A stretch of 29,839 bases of DNA, from UHGV virus genome UHGV-0042155. One strand, 5' to 3'. The notes beneath the pieces are model-generated. The model was not told where the DNA came from. It saw only the letters and a program-made list of their open reading frames with translations, and ran no database searches. Within the stretch, counting starts at the first letter, position 1. Every line of letters starts with the position of its first letter. The DNA is from a virus. Positions 1 through 9,081 of the stretch are shown here, piece after piece. The translations under genes and the position numbers were made by a program.

Positions 1-1
1 A

Positions 2-1522
2 TACACTAAATCAGTAAGTTGGCACCATTACCTACCAAGTGGAGGCAAATTTGCCATTGATCTTTTTAGACAAGATCCAAGTCAGTATAAAACTGAGCTC
101 CGCCAACAACTGCGATTAGTGGATTCACGCTCACCTTACGCCAATGATTGGCTACCTCAGGGGTATGCTGATAAAAGCATTTATGCTTTTGGACGTAACG
201 AGTTTTCCAGTATTATTGAATCATCTATCGAATATAAACGTGAAGAAATAATTCGCCGTCTAAATCGTTTTGATCAAGAGTGTGATGATGCCCTATTAAC
301 TCTAGGAATTGATAAGGCCATATTAGAAAATTTATTTTCAGAGTTAACAGGACATGTCATTGGTGAGCGTCTGTATACACATGATATTCGTCTTAACGAG
401 TTACTAGCCAGAGATGTTAGGTTATTCGAGTCTGAATATTACTCTGCTATGTTGGACGTAGTACGAGAATCAGATAACAATGATGATTTAAAAAGGTACG
501 TCATATCATTTTTACAATTATTGGTCGGTGCACACGGACAATCTCTTGTTCAACGCCTAAACCAAGAGTTATTTGAGGCTGCACCGGATGATTTACCCAT
601 CTTCGATGATATTACCGGTATGTTCCGTCTGGAGTTTAATCGCATTGGTTCGACAGCTTTGGAACTATTGCTGGAAGAAAATAGAAATTTCAATATTGAT
701 GAGGATGCAACAGCTCTTACACTTTTCTGTGCTATAGCCCAAAAAGTATTAGAGAATCTGTTCACTACAGTACTCGACTACCAGAAATTGATAGATGACC
801 ATTTCCGATATCTCTTCTCACCTTCCACAGAATGGGCTAAATTTACTCGGATGGTTATTTTCCTCAAGATCGCACGCGATTATATTAGTTCCCAGGCACC
901 ATCTATCGAAGATCTTCCCGATCATGGCTATTATCATGACTTAGCTACATTTGATGGTGATCTAACAATTTCAGCCATTGGTACGGCTAATTATAACAGC
1001 CTTCTGGCAGAGGTTTTCCGTGGTATGAATATAGAATTACCACAAATTATTCACCTGAACGGCAGTGTACACGACTATTATAACCCTTATAAAAATGCGG
1101 TTATTACTTGTGAAAATCCAGATAACGTAGACCAACGTCAGATTCATGTTCCATTCATGCTGACGCAAAGCGGTCTTAAGCCTTTAACATCAGTAACTAT
1201 GTCAAGACGATACGTTAGTCTTTTTGATGCTTATGCTGAATCTGATGCTATTGTTGTTGTAGGTTTTGGATTTAATAAAGATGATAGCCATATTAATGGA
1301 CTTTTCCGTGAACTGGTCGAAAATAAAGGACGGAAATTAATTCTTATTTCGAGGCGTGTGGATGGAAGTGTTGAAGAACAGAAACGGCGGTTGCGAAACA
1401 AACTGCGTATTTCGCATGAGTTTAACCATTTGCTAATAGTAATTCCAGTAGATGATCTCACAAGGTGTCAAGGTGACCGACTATGGTTAGAGCAAGTTGT
1501 TGATACTTTGAACGAGGGATAA
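2..1522 (+). CDS. 5'-truncated cargo ORF of the island; hypothetical protein with C-terminal Rossmann-like motifs
   Basis: The reading frame of ORF 119..1522 stays open with no stop codon back to base 2, and the annotated start at 119 is GTG with no Shine-Dalgarno, so the gene most likely begins left of the window. AT-rich. C-terminal motifs TANYN...HLNGS...VVVGFGFNKDD loosely resemble the SIR2-like TTNYD/HLHG/GYSxxD pattern, but no GAGxS motif is visible. Confidence 0.55.
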   Translation, partial: YTKSVSWHHYLPSGGKFAIDLFRQDPSQYKTELRQQLRLVDSRSPYANDWLPQGYADKSIYAFGRNEFSSIIESSIEYKREEIIRRLNRFDQECDDALLTLGIDKAILENLFSELTGHVIGERLYTHDIRLNELLARDVRLFESEYYSAMLDVVRESDNNDDLKRYVISFLQLLVGAHGQSLVQRLNQELFEAAPDDLPIFDDITGMFRLEFNRIGSTALELLLEENRNFNIDEDATALTLFCAIAQKVLENLFTTVLDYQKLIDDHFRYLFSPSTEWAKFTRMVIFLKIARDYISSQAPSIEDLPDHGYYHDLATFDGDLTISAIGTANYNSLLAEVFRGMNIELPQIIHLNGSVHDYYNPYKNAVITCENPDNVDQRQIHVPFMLTQSGLKPLTSVTMSRRYVSLFDAYAESDAIVVVGFGFNKDDSHINGLFRELVENKGRKLILISRRVDGSVEEQKRRLRNKLRISHEFNHLLIVIPVDDLTRCQGDRLWLEQVVDTLNEG

Positions 1523-1611
1523 AGCAGCTGATGATGGTGCTATAACCATTATGGTTTCTATTAATACTCGCCAGCCCTTATCTCTCTGATAAGGGCCCTA
1601 ATTAATGCTAG

Positions 1612-2235
1612 TTAATTATTACTACACCCAAACGATCTATAACCGTCATCAAAGTTCTTGCTTTTCACTTTGGTGAGATAATCAATTCGATTCAGTAAAT
1701 CGTCGGGATAAATATCATTAAGAATATCATCACGATTCAGGGTATATTTACCATTAGAAGGATACTGTACTAGGTGCTGTCCCTCTTCGGGAGTTATACT
1801 TAATGCGCTGCACCATGCCGAGGTGATCATAGTTCTTAACGTATCTTCATCAAGATTGAAATCCCCTAAGTGGTAGTAAGCATCCTTGTTCAGAAACAGA
1901 AATACGTGAAAATGACGCTTACCATTCTGGGTAAATTCCCTCACCCACGCATAGCGGAGCGTATTCGGGTGTACCCGTTTACCTTCTTTACGCTTGCGCT
2001 GTTCATCTGCTGCCAGTTTGGCTTTCAGTGAATTGGTAAATCTTGATATAGATCCTGAATCAGTATTAGCGATACAGGAAATAGTATCACCATTATCCAG
2101 CATAACCGGGTCATGCAGATCCACCCGTATTGCCAGTGTACGTCCGTGTTCTTTAACAGATTTTGTAATAACATCGATAATCCTTTCTTTGTATGATTTA
2201 ACATGACTGCCATACTCGCTATCGTAGATATTCAT
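1612..2235 (-). CDS. inovirus Gp2-like / YfjJ-family protein
   Basis: 207-aa ORF with the motif RYAWVREFTQNGKRHFHVFLFLNKDAY typical of the YagK/YfjJ (inovirus Gp2-like) family; lies next to the YfjI-like gene as in CP4-57. Confidence 0.75.
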   Translation of the reverse strand: MNIYDSEYGSHVKSYKERIIDVITKSVKEHGRTLAIRVDLHDPVMLDNGDTISCIANTDSGSISRFTNSLKAKLAADEQRKRKEGKRVHPNTLRYAWVREFTQNGKRHFHVFLFLNKDAYYHLGDFNLDEDTLRTMITSAWCSALSITPEEGQHLVQYPSNGKYTLNRDDILNDIYPDDLLNRIDYLTKVKSKNFDDGYRSFGCSNN

Positions 2236-2459
2236 AATAATTCACCCCTCGATGGATAACAGTCATCGCATTACTGGCTATGGCCTACTAGTGATATATA
2301 TACAGGCATGGTTAATTGCAATATAATAACTATCCGACACTGAATTTTAGAAAAATAGTAGCCACAGCCTACGATGACTGATTGAAAGTTACTCTTTAAT
2401 TAGTTGTAATGAAGATAGGTTAATAAAACAATTATTGCGTCCTATCTTTGTTCTGTTCG

Positions 2460-3872
2460 TTATATAAGAATATCAACAGGTTGTATGAAAATGGTTTTCC
2501 CTATCTTCTCCGCCCGTATTTTCTTTTGCGAATAAAGTGTACTGAGAAGCTCATTCGCTTTGCTCCGATTCCTGAACCGGTTCGGACCATATTGCAAGAT
2601 GGTTGTCTTCCTGATATATGGCACCACACACCGGTAGCAATAATCTTTTATCCACGAATAAAGTTCATCTGCTTCTGAACTAACCAACAGCAACGTCTGG
2701 GGTTTAGAGAAAATTCTCACATACTCATCCACATACCAGGCGCTTATCTCTACTGCGGCTTCTACGGCACTGAGGGGTATATCCCCTTCATCACCATTAA
2801 ATTTATGCAGCAGAGCGGCAATCCTTGCCATATTTTCCGCCATTTTAGAGGCGTAATCCTTAAAGCCAGACAGGAAGCCAATCAACCCCATTTCTGACTC
2901 GACCTTGTTATAAAATTCGATCCAGTTCTTTTCGGCTTCTGCAGAGAAACGTAGGCACTGACGCGCATTTTCATCATTTCTGACAATGCTCTCGTTAACG
3001 ATCTCCATCAATCGTTTATGAAATACCGGTAGATGCTCGCTTGATATAACCGGGCTGGTAATTTGTCTGTAACCCTGTGTTGAACTAGGCTGACACATCA
3101 AACACCGCGCGAAGAATCCGATCCCTTTCGCTGTATCGCCTTTACGCTCCAGATACCCTTTTTTGAACACATCAGGCTGAACCATCAACGACAGTGTCAT
3201 TCTGGCGTCTTTGATTAATTTATCTGGCTCGCTTTTTCTTTCCACAGTAAACATTGCGCCATCCCACATTTTATTGATGAAAGGCAGTTCATTCAGCGCA
3301 TAGCCGTTAAAAATGGTACCAGCTTCATCAGACATAAGCCCGATGGACCGCCAACAACCACTGAGATAGTCTTTTATCGCCGCTGGTGTGGCATCATTGA
3401 ATATCTGCCTGAACCTGACCGGTGCTTTCGGGTTCGCCGACAGCAGCATTTTCAGCCGTTCATTCGTTGTGGAGTGATCTTTGTTACGGCGAATATCTGA
3501 TTTCAGTTTTGATATCAGGGCTTTCTTTTCAATGTTAAAAGTCGTTTCCTCATTCCGCCAGATAATTAAATCTTGGGTATATTTTTCAAAGCATGCTTCT
3601 TCCAGTTGATACAATGGCTTCATTAGCAGTTTGTCCACCGTGCTTTTGCGTTCACCAGAATCCGCCAGTGTCAGTAAAAAAAGTGATACTGGGCTGCGCA
3701 GATTATTCAGTCGGCACACATCAATCCGGTTCTGGCAGGCAAGCGAAATAACCCCCAACACCGATGCAGCAATCAAAGCCTGGGGTGCCTGCGTATGCTG
3801 TTCCACTTCATAAACCGCATTTCTGATGATCTGCGGGAAGACATGTACAGGGAAAGGACGACCACACGACAT
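2460..3872 (-). CDS. DUF3987-family (YfjI-like) protein
   Basis: 470-aa ORF of the size, strand and position of YfjI, immediately downstream of alpA in a CP4-57-like arrangement. Confidence 0.75.
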   Translation of the reverse strand: MSCGRPFPVHVFPQIIRNAVYEVEQHTQAPQALIAASVLGVISLACQNRIDVCRLNNLRSPVSLFLLTLADSGERKSTVDKLLMKPLYQLEEACFEKYTQDLIIWRNEETTFNIEKKALISKLKSDIRRNKDHSTTNERLKMLLSANPKAPVRFRQIFNDATPAAIKDYLSGCWRSIGLMSDEAGTIFNGYALNELPFINKMWDGAMFTVERKSEPDKLIKDARMTLSLMVQPDVFKKGYLERKGDTAKGIGFFARCLMCQPSSTQGYRQITSPVISSEHLPVFHKRLMEIVNESIVRNDENARQCLRFSAEAEKNWIEFYNKVESEMGLIGFLSGFKDYASKMAENMARIAALLHKFNGDEGDIPLSAVEAAVEISAWYVDEYVRIFSKPQTLLLVSSEADELYSWIKDYCYRCVVPYIRKTTILQYGPNRFRNRSKANELLSTLYSQKKIRAEKIGKTIFIQPVDILI

Positions 3873-4002
3873 AGATACCTCTCATTCTATTAATTTAATA
3901 AATAATTCAGCGAAATGGCTATTCTGCTATTAATAGCGGAAATAGCAGGATGACTACCGACAATCCGATGACAGCAATTGAGTATGAATTCATGTAGCAT
4001 CC

Positions 4003-4215
4003 TCAAATAAGTTTGCTGCGTTGCGATAGCCATTCTTCAATCTCTGATTCAACCCATCCAACAGATTTCACTCCGAGCATTCGCTTTTTGGGGAAGGAAG
4101 CATCGTAACGTGGTGATTTGGGGTTCAACCAATCGTAGATTGTTGCTCGTGCCATACCAGTTTTTTGGATAACAGCAGGTAAGCGGAGTATCCTAACGGT
4201 TGATGGATTATTCAT
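4003..4215 (-). CDS. alpA: AlpA-family phage transcriptional regulator
   Basis: 70-aa ORF MNNPSTVRILRLPAVIQKTGMARATIYDWLNPKSPRYDASFPKKRMLGVKSVGW..., near-identical to E. coli AlpA as recalled. Confidence 0.9.
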   Translation of the reverse strand: MNNPSTVRILRLPAVIQKTGMARATIYDWLNPKSPRYDASFPKKRMLGVKSVGWVESEIEEWLSQRSKLI

Positions 4216-4340
4216 GCTTGATTGCCTCTTATTAGTTCATTTTGGTTGTAGAAAGATTAGCGGCAAGCATCAATGCAAAAAATCCGTGTACCAAAAAAAC
4301 ATTTTTTACAACACTTAACTAATTGATATTTGGTGTATTT

Positions 4341-5219
4341 ATGTTGTCAGCGATTGAGTTTTGCGAAGAAATTAGTCAAAAATCGGATTGGCTTGCTGGG
4401 CATATGGTCGAATGTGATTGGGACATATATGTTGATCTGCTCAGCGAAAGGTATCCCGTGATACAGAAGGAACTAAGCGAGATGCGAGATCAATTCTGGA
4501 ATTCTGATAAGGTAGGAACACGTGTGATTTTGTACAGTGATCCATCTCGTAAGGAGTATAAATATTGTACTGTTGACGGAGTGGAGCAATTAAAAGAAGA
4601 ATATACAGAAGTATATGATCCAGCTCAGGAATGCTGGAAACAGTTAAAATCACGTATTTTCAGGGAAACGTTTTGTCATCTTATTCAGGATGATTTTTTA
4701 ATTAATGATGTGTTTAAGTCACATCTATTTTTTGCCTCAATGTCTTATCAATGGGCAAAATCAGTTATGTCGGAGAATGAATGTGTCGCTATTAAAGCGT
4801 TCATTAAGTCAGCTGAATTATTTGATAGATGTATTGGTATGTCATGGTTTCATGTTTCTGTATGTACCCAAAAAAAATTATCACATGTTAGAGCTAAGGC
4901 CGGAAAACAAGGTGGGAACAGTAAATCAGAGGTATATCGAATAATTCAAGATAAGCTTGTTTATTTGATCAATAACTCCGTACCTGAAGGTGGGTGGAAA
5001 AGTAAAGCAGCTGCGGTGAATGACCTCATTGACCCCTTATGGAAATTTGTCGAAGAGTCAAATTTTGAAATTAATAATCAAAGTAAAAAATATCGGATAT
5101 CAACAATGAGCCCTGATGCATTGGCAGATACCATTATAAAAAACTGGTCAAGAAATATTGAGAGTATCAAATTGGCTTTCGATAATACGGTTACTAGAAA
5201 AAAGAAAACCAAAGGGTAA
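4341..5219 (+). CDS. hypothetical AT-rich orphan protein at the intA-alpA position (yfjH-equivalent locus)
   Basis: Long ORF convergent with intA; the track start at 4323 is TTG, the first ATG is 4341. Low GC relative to flanks. No recognisable motif. Confidence 0.55.
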   Translation: MLSAIEFCEEISQKSDWLAGHMVECDWDIYVDLLSERYPVIQKELSEMRDQFWNSDKVGTRVILYSDPSRKEYKYCTVDGVEQLKEEYTEVYDPAQECWKQLKSRIFRETFCHLIQDDFLINDVFKSHLFFASMSYQWAKSVMSENECVAIKAFIKSAELFDRCIGMSWFHVSVCTQKKLSHVRAKAGKQGGNSKSEVYRIIQDKLVYLINNSVPEGGWKSKAAAVNDLIDPLWKFVEESNFEINNQSKKYRISTMSPDALADTIIKNWSRNIESIKLAFDNTVTRKKKTKG

Positions 5220-5277
5220 AATTCCGTATTACCTATAGGTGAGTTATCAGCACCCATTATGGGTGCTGATAAAGGAT

Positions 5278-6519
5278 TCATCCTACAAGACGTATTCCCC
5301 TAACCCCACTATTCACGATACTGCCGCTATCTGCTGCTTTAACAAAATCAGCCCACCACTGCATCATCGGTCGTCGTTGCTCAAGATAGTCACTTCGATT
5401 GTAAGCGCGACGTACCTCATTCTTATCTACATGAGCAAGTGCAGCCTCAATAACATCAGGCGGAAATCCTTCCTCATTGAGTGCCGTACTGGCAATAGAA
5501 CGTAAGCCGTGTGAAACGAGTACGCCTCCTAAACCAGCACGCTTAAGGGCTGCATTTACTGTCTGGCTGTTCATAGGCTGGGTAGGCTTAATGCGACTGG
5601 GAAAGATAAATTCTCGACCACCGCTGAGAGACTTCATTATTTCCAGAATAGCGAGAGCTCCATCAGATAATGGAACCGTATGCTCCCGATTCATCTTCAT
5701 TCGAGCAGCTGGAATTTTCCATTCGCTAGCATCGAAATCGATCTCATCCCATCGAGCCTCAGCAGCTTCGGCAGGGCGGGTGATGGTGAGAAGCTGCCAC
5801 ATGAACAGGCATCGTGTGGACAGGCTGATACTTGCCGTACGCATAGTCTGCATTAGCTGTGGAAGTTGACCTGGGTGGATGCTTGGCATGTTTTTCTTTT
5901 GCGGTTTCTCGAATGCTTTCCCGATGTTTACGCTGGGAACCGCATCAATCAGGCCTGTGTTCTGCGCATAAATCATGACTTCGTTAATACGCTGACAAAG
6001 GCGGCGGACTGTCTCTAATGCACCTCTGGCCTGAACCGGATGAACTGCTTTAACCAAAGTATGAGCCTTAATCTCAGTGACACTGATATCACCGATTGCC
6101 GGGAGAACATCCCTCTCAAGCGAGCGCCAGATATCGTCGGCATAGTCCTCTGTTACGCTGGCTTTCTTCACATTCCACCAACGCTCGGCAACTAACCGGA
6201 AAGTGTTGGTTTTGGCCTCTTGAGAATTTCTCACCTGTTCTTTCTGATGTTCCTGAGGATCAATGTCTTTCGCCAACAAAACTCGAGATTCAGCTCTGAG
6301 TTTACGCGCATCAGAAAGGGAGACGGCTGGATAGGCTCCGAAGCTCTGCTTGGTTCGCTGCTTGGTCAGAGGTCGATAGTAACGGAACTGCCAGAGCTTA
6401 CTACCGCTGGACTTGATTAGCAGAGTAAGCCCGTCACCATCATACAGCTGGTAATCGGCATCTTTAGGTTTGGCGGCTTTGATTTCCGTATCGGTTAACG
6501 GCTTGGTTTTTCTTGCCAT
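5278..6519 (-). CDS. intA: P4-type tyrosine integrase (CP4-57 IntA-like)
   Basis: 413-aa ORF MARKTKPLTDTEIKAAKPKDADYQLYDGDGLTLLIKSSGSKLWQFRYY...; length and N-terminus match CP4-57 IntA; sits next to the tmRNA 3'-end fragment. Confidence 0.9.
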   Translation of the reverse strand: MARKTKPLTDTEIKAAKPKDADYQLYDGDGLTLLIKSSGSKLWQFRYYRPLTKQRTKQSFGAYPAVSLSDARKLRAESRVLLAKDIDPQEHQKEQVRNSQEAKTNTFRLVAERWWNVKKASVTEDYADDIWRSLERDVLPAIGDISVTEIKAHTLVKAVHPVQARGALETVRRLCQRINEVMIYAQNTGLIDAVPSVNIGKAFEKPQKKNMPSIHPGQLPQLMQTMRTASISLSTRCLFMWQLLTITRPAEAAEARWDEIDFDASEWKIPAARMKMNREHTVPLSDGALAILEIMKSLSGGREFIFPSRIKPTQPMNSQTVNAALKRAGLGGVLVSHGLRSIASTALNEEGFPPDVIEAALAHVDKNEVRRAYNRSDYLEQRRPMMQWWADFVKAADSGSIVNSGVRGIRLVG

Positions 6520-6543
6520 GGGGAGTCTCCATGCGTTTAGGCC

Positions 6544-6641
6544 NNNNNNNNNNNNNNNNNNNNNNNNNNNNNNNNNNNNNNNNNNNNNNNNNNNNNNNNN
6601 NNNNNNNNNNNNNNNNNNNNNNNNNNNNNNNNNNNNNNNNN
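6544..6641. other. assembly gap (run of N)
   Basis: 98 consecutive N characters. Confidence 0.99.
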
Positions 6642-6714
6642 GGGCCTATCAATGGGCCTAAAAGGTTCGGATTTAATTAGTTCTCTTCGGACTTCGCGGG
6701 ACAAATTCAGGGCA

Positions 6715-6747
6715 CAAAAAAGCCCGCAGGGCTTGCGCCGTGCGGGC
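6715..6747 (-). terminator. rho-independent terminator downstream of the tmRNA 3'-end fragment
   Basis: Stem agcccgca (6720-6727) pairs with tgcgggct (6740-6747); a T-run follows on the minus strand (plus-strand A-run 6715-6720). Confidence 0.6.
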
Positions 6748-6794
6748 TCTTAGGACTTCATCGGATGACTCTGGTAATCACCGATGGAGAATTT

Positions 6795-6828
6795 TGGTGG
6801 AGCTGGCGGGAGTTGAACCCGTGTCCGA
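6795..6828 (-). other. tmRNA (ssrA) 3'-terminal fragment; attachment core shared by the two elements
   Basis: Minus-strand sequence TTCGGACACGGGTTCAACTCCCGCCAGCTCCACCA matches the T-arm, acceptor 3' strand and CCA end of enterobacterial tmRNA; sequence further 5' (6829 onward) does not look like tmRNA body. Confidence 0.7.
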
Positions 6829-6953
6829 ATAATGCTTAACCTATTGAATATTAATGTTTTGTCTTTTTTGAAAGGCCTCAAGTGCATTTTACGTGCATAT
6901 CGTGGTCCCTCTAACGTCCTGATTCCGTCCAACATTTTGAAATACTCACGACG

Positions 6954-8126
6954 CTACAGAGCTGCTGAAATGGCGGTTTTCCCGTCGTATTCAGCCAGGT
7001 ATTTACCGTAATTGCGGAACAGCATTTCCGGCCCTTTATGCCCCATCTGCCCGGCAAGCCAGAAAAGGTTTACGCCCTGGCTAATGTGTCTGGTGGCGAA
7101 TGTGTGGCGGGTCTGGTACGGGTTACGGTATCGAACGCCAGCTTTTTTGAGGGTTGGCACCCATGCTTTTTTTCGTATTGCGTCGGCGTTCGCCCAGGGC
7201 TCTCCCGTTTTAGGGTCGCTGAAAATAAACTCGCTTTTCATGAAAGTGAATTGTTTCTGCGCCTGCAGCGCGGCCAGCGCCTCGCTGTTTAATTCTACTT
7301 TACGGGTACCGGCTTTTGTTTTGGTGCCTTTCAGAACGCCAACAACACTCGCCGCCTGAACGTGAGCTGTTTTAGCGATATTGTCGAGATCAGGCCAGCG
7401 CAACGCACACAGCTCAGAGCTGCGTAAACCTGTATTGAATGCGAAACGGAACAGGTTTTCCCATTCCGGATAACTGCAGCTCTGGTAAATGGCGCTGATT
7501 TCCGCTGGTGTGAACGGATCAACTTCGTAATCGTCACTATTCGGGCTGCTGTCGATCACGTGGTACCGACTCGCGCTGACAAGGGTTACCGGGTTGATAG
7601 TCAGCAGGCCGTCTGTCACCGCTTCATCTATGGCGCTGCGCAGAAACGAGAGGTTATTCCTGATTGTTTTCAGCTTTGTTTTTCTGCTGGCGATCCAGTT
7701 TTTGAGGACCGCAGGGGTCAGTTCCGATACATGCATTTTGTGCAGCGCAGATAGCGCAGACAGGCACTTTTCATAACCGCCAATAGTGGACGGCGAAAGG
7801 TTGCGGTTCTGGCAGATTTTCAGATACTCGTCCAGGTAGGACTTAATATTTTTGGTTTTCTTCACTACCCCGAACAGCTCCAGTTTTTTGGAGGTGGGGA
7901 AGTATTTCGCATAATCGAATGTGCCGCCGGCGATCTGATTCTGTATCTCCCCCAGCAGGCGCTCGGCATACTTCACGCCGCGCGCGTTTGCTTCCATTCT
8001 GGAAAGGGGCTCCCGGCAGAGAACCCCCTTGTAGGTGAATGTGATCACCAGGGTGTCGCCAGTTTTATGCTGGCGAATGGTTACTCCTCTTGGGAGAGAT
8101 AATGATCCTTGTTCTTTCTTGCCCAC
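6954..8126 (-). CDS. lambdoid-phage tyrosine integrase
   Basis: 390-aa ORF with an N-terminal arm-binding-like region and C-terminal catalytic region (R...HTFATRH...Y); transcribed toward the att core, overlapped at its 5' end by xis. Confidence 0.9.
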   Translation of the reverse strand: MGKKEQGSLSLPRGVTIRQHKTGDTLVITFTYKGVLCREPLSRMEANARGVKYAERLLGEIQNQIAGGTFDYAKYFPTSKKLELFGVVKKTKNIKSYLDEYLKICQNRNLSPSTIGGYEKCLSALSALHKMHVSELTPAVLKNWIASRKTKLKTIRNNLSFLRSAIDEAVTDGLLTINPVTLVSASRYHVIDSSPNSDDYEVDPFTPAEISAIYQSCSYPEWENLFRFAFNTGLRSSELCALRWPDLDNIAKTAHVQAASVVGVLKGTKTKAGTRKVELNSEALAALQAQKQFTFMKSEFIFSDPKTGEPWANADAIRKKAWVPTLKKAGVRYRNPYQTRHTFATRHISQGVNLFWLAGQMGHKGPEMLFRNYGKYLAEYDGKTAISAAL

Positions 8127-8290
8127 TTTGAAACCTCCGTTAAGTCTATCCAGCGTTCTTTAACGCCATCGACTTTTAATACATGGACACCCTCTTTCCA
8201 TAACCCCCTTTGTATCCGTTTGTTAACGGCTTCAACCGTTTCTCCGGCGTCCCGGCAGTAGGTTGAAAGTGGTACGCAATCAAGACTCAT
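8081..8290 (-). CDS. excisionase-like protein
   Basis: Internal ATG at 8290 of ORF 8081..8434 gives a 69-aa protein MSLDCVPLSTYCRDAGETVEAVNKRIQRGLWKEGVHVLKVDGVKERWIDL...; overlaps the int start as in lambda. Confidence 0.6.
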   Translation of the reverse strand: MSLDCVPLSTYCRDAGETVEAVNKRIQRGLWKEGVHVLKVDGVKERWIDLTEVSKWARKNKDHYLSQEE

Positions 8291-8564
8291 GACCGACCTC
8301 CCGCCCGAATGCCTGGGCATTTTCCAGTTCATTTGCCGCATAGATAAGTGCGTTGTGGTGCGCTCTAAAACCGCCATCAAGTTCGCTGGCCGCTCTCTTG
8401 CGCAAAAAATCGATTGCAGCCTGATAGTCTTCACTGGCTGGCAGATCTCCCACGAGCATCAGCATGTTTTCCGGGTCGACAGGGATGGTGGTGAGCCCCA
8501 GCTGCTTGGCCTTCGTTGCCAGACGGGTCCAACGCTTAATAATTTCTGAAACTGGCTTATTCAT
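8280..8564 (-). CDS. hypothetical early-left phage protein
   Basis: 94-aa ORF; its stop lies 8 nt downstream of the xis start codon. Confidence 0.6.
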   Translation of the reverse strand: MNKPVSEIIKRWTRLATKAKQLGLTTIPVDPENMLMLVGDLPASEDYQAAIDFLRKRAASELDGGFRAHHNALIYAANELENAQAFGREVGHES

Positions 8565-8575
8565 GGAGCGCCTCG

Positions 8576-8671
8576 CTACCTCACCAAAAATTTATATTCA
8601 ATCAGCGCGCCGATAACGGTGGCCGCCAGTAGCAGGGAAACAATGATGCTGAAAGTGAAGGGCTTCATCAT
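8576..8671 (-). CDS. 31-aa hydrophobic single-TM peptide (below the ORF-track size cutoff)
   Basis: ATG ATG AAG... translates to MMKPFTFSIIVSLLLAATVIGALIEYKFLVR; its ATG overlaps the TGA stop of the upstream 137-aa gene (ATGA), and a GGGG Shine-Dalgarno is present. Confidence 0.4.
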   Translation of the reverse strand: MMKPFTFSIIVSLLLAATVIGALIEYKFLVR

Positions 8672-9081
8672 TTCACCCCTGCTGGTTTGATGGCCTGCAG
8701 TGCATCAACCTCTTTAACGAATCGGTCATGCATCGCGTCCCATTTCTCACACCATTTCTCCATTTCTCGCTTGCGCGCCAGGATACGACGCAGACGGCGA
8801 ACACAACGCTGGTGGGCGGCCAGATACTCAGCCTTTGTTTCCCCGTCTCGCCATACCTCCATATCATCGCGATCAATACGCACTCGCGGGTGACGCTGTG
8901 GAAAACCTGAACGCTCAAAAGCCTCGGTGGTCATGAAGAAAGCCAGATAGCGGATCGCCGTATCGCGGGTGAAGCATTTTTTGACGCGGCCGTGACGGCG
9001 TGCCACGAACAACGGACCTGCCGGGGTATCATGTTGCTGTAATGCCAGGTCGATTGCGCTGGCGATGCGTTTATCAGTCAT
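8668..9081 (-). CDS. hypothetical early-left phage protein (137 aa)
   Basis: Internal start MTDKRIAS... at 9081 preferred over the track's 200-aa version, whose N-terminus is low-complexity and overlaps the upstream gene; ATGA overlap with that gene's stop. Confidence 0.6.
   Translation of the reverse strand: MTDKRIASAIDLALQQHDTPAGPLFVARRHGRVKKCFTRDTAIRYLAFFMTTEAFERSGFPQRHPRVRIDRDDMEVWRDGETKAEYLAAHQRCVRRLRRILARKREMEKWCEKWDAMHDRFVKEVDALQAIKPAGVK

Noticed and set aside
550-1461. Short antisense ORFs inside the partial cargo gene (550..765, 1231..1461)
   Set aside because: Fully embedded antisense to a long ORF, with low-complexity translations and no start context; treated as chance ORFs.
6464-6661. 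ORFs 6464..6652 (-) and 6470..6661 (+) translated as strings of X
   Set aside because: Artefacts of translating across the N-run assembly gap.
6750-6935. Possibility of a complete tmRNA gene, and ORF 6750..6935 (-)
   Set aside because: Only the last ~34 nt match the tmRNA 3' end (T arm, acceptor 3' strand, CCA); sequence 5' of it is AT-rich phage att-arm-like DNA. The ORF simply overlaps this non-coding att region.
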